From contig NC_057719.1 in the NCBI RefSeq assembly GCF_004010195.1, forward strand, positions 55,498,785-55,562,784: a stretch of DNA of 64,000 bases. The letters run 5' to 3'. Of this stretch, positions 63,017-64,000 are shown one piece after another. A program made the position numbers and the translations under genes. The notes beneath the pieces were generated by a model that searched no databases, was not told the DNA's origin, and saw nothing but the letters and a program-made list of their open reading frames with translations. Position 1 is the first letter of the stretch. Each line of letters opens with the position of its first letter. Source of the DNA: Chiloscyllium plagiosum (Eukaryota).

Positions 63017-64000
63017 GTCTAGACCAATACAGAACAACTTTGTCACATGTAAGCTTTTGAAGCATCAAGCTGCAACTTACAACCTTCCCTCCCTATGCCA
63101 TGCTCTATTGCCAATTGTCACAGTGAAGGGCCACAAACAAACAAGACAGAAAAAAGATCACCATTTGGCAGGCTCCATCTTCAATAAGAGACACAGGGCT
63201 CATGCCCTGCCCACATTTAAATGGCACAGAAGGTTGCCACAGGGATCAGCAGTGAAAGGGGGCTATGATTGCTTGAGTATAACAAGCAAAGATATACCTT
63301 TCCCAGACACAGCTTCCCTGATTTACCTGAAAAAGCTGCTTTTAGCTGGTGGTTTGCAAACTCTGATTCTCGGGAGGAAACTATGTCTACAAAATCATTG
63401 TCAACCAAGACAAGGAACTGAGACATTCAGAATAAATTTAGAATAAGCAGGTCCTCAATAATCTCAAAAAGAACTCCCTGCATGTTTGGGGAGAGATTGA
63501 TGAAGCCACTTCAAAGATTATCCTTTATCAGGTCATTGGCAAGAGTTATAGTGGATGTGTAGGTGGTGTAAATCGTAGGTGAAGTTAAAAATTTAGGGGC
63601 AAGATTTAGAATGGTATAGTAATACTCTAATAATAGTTACAGAGCACAATCGTAAGGAGCTACATCACAAAGATGTCAGATTCAGACGAGGTTGACACCC
63701 AATTTAAGAAGGCACTAGCAAACACCTGCTCTAAAATATTTCTGTTGAGTATGTTAATATACAGCAAATATATAATCATATTTAGCAAATTAGTTATTTA
63801 CTTTAGTCTTGTGTTCAGTCTTCATATGTCTCCAGCTCCGAGAAAATTCTAAAAATATTCCTACACTGACCAGAATTTAGTTTGGATTTTTCCAGGAACA
63901 ATGTCATTCCGGAACTCATTACGGCATTGATCTAATGGTAAACAAAAGAGCTGAATTCCAGAGAGGAGAAAGGGATCTCATCAAAGCAATAACTAATTAG

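Noticed and set aside
62991..63446. 151-aa ORF after the hAT element
   Set aside because: Starts at TTG inside the transposon end, has no transposase or other recognisable motif; likely chance.

Overview
Eukaryotic, repeat-dense, non-coding window with three N-gaps (2680-2874, 20244-20463, 56649-56700). It is almost certainly from a shark or other elasmobranch, judged by V-SINE/HE1-type SINEs whose 3' tails match the local CR1 (HER1-like) LINEs. I can support no host protein-coding exon and no genuine tRNA/rRNA gene; the recognisable ORFs are decayed transposon pieces. Contents: about 20 CR1 fragments, a second EN-RT LINE family that seems to start with a tRNA-like head and lack ORF1, a Rex/Babar fragment, and Penelope-like elements of at least three sequence families, several carrying minimal hammerhead ribozyme motifs and 11-15 bp flanking direct repeats. 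There are also Gypsy gag remnants, a solo LTR with a 5-bp TSD, a young LTR with a tRNA-Trp PBS and downstream splice donor (ERV candidate), an internally deleted hAT element, a Tigger-type MITE and Harbinger remnants. Two local templated rearrangements stand out, one a ~560-bp copy of nearby DNA flanked by a 20-bp duplication. Family names come from motif recognition by eye, not database searches. Boundaries of old elements are approximate.
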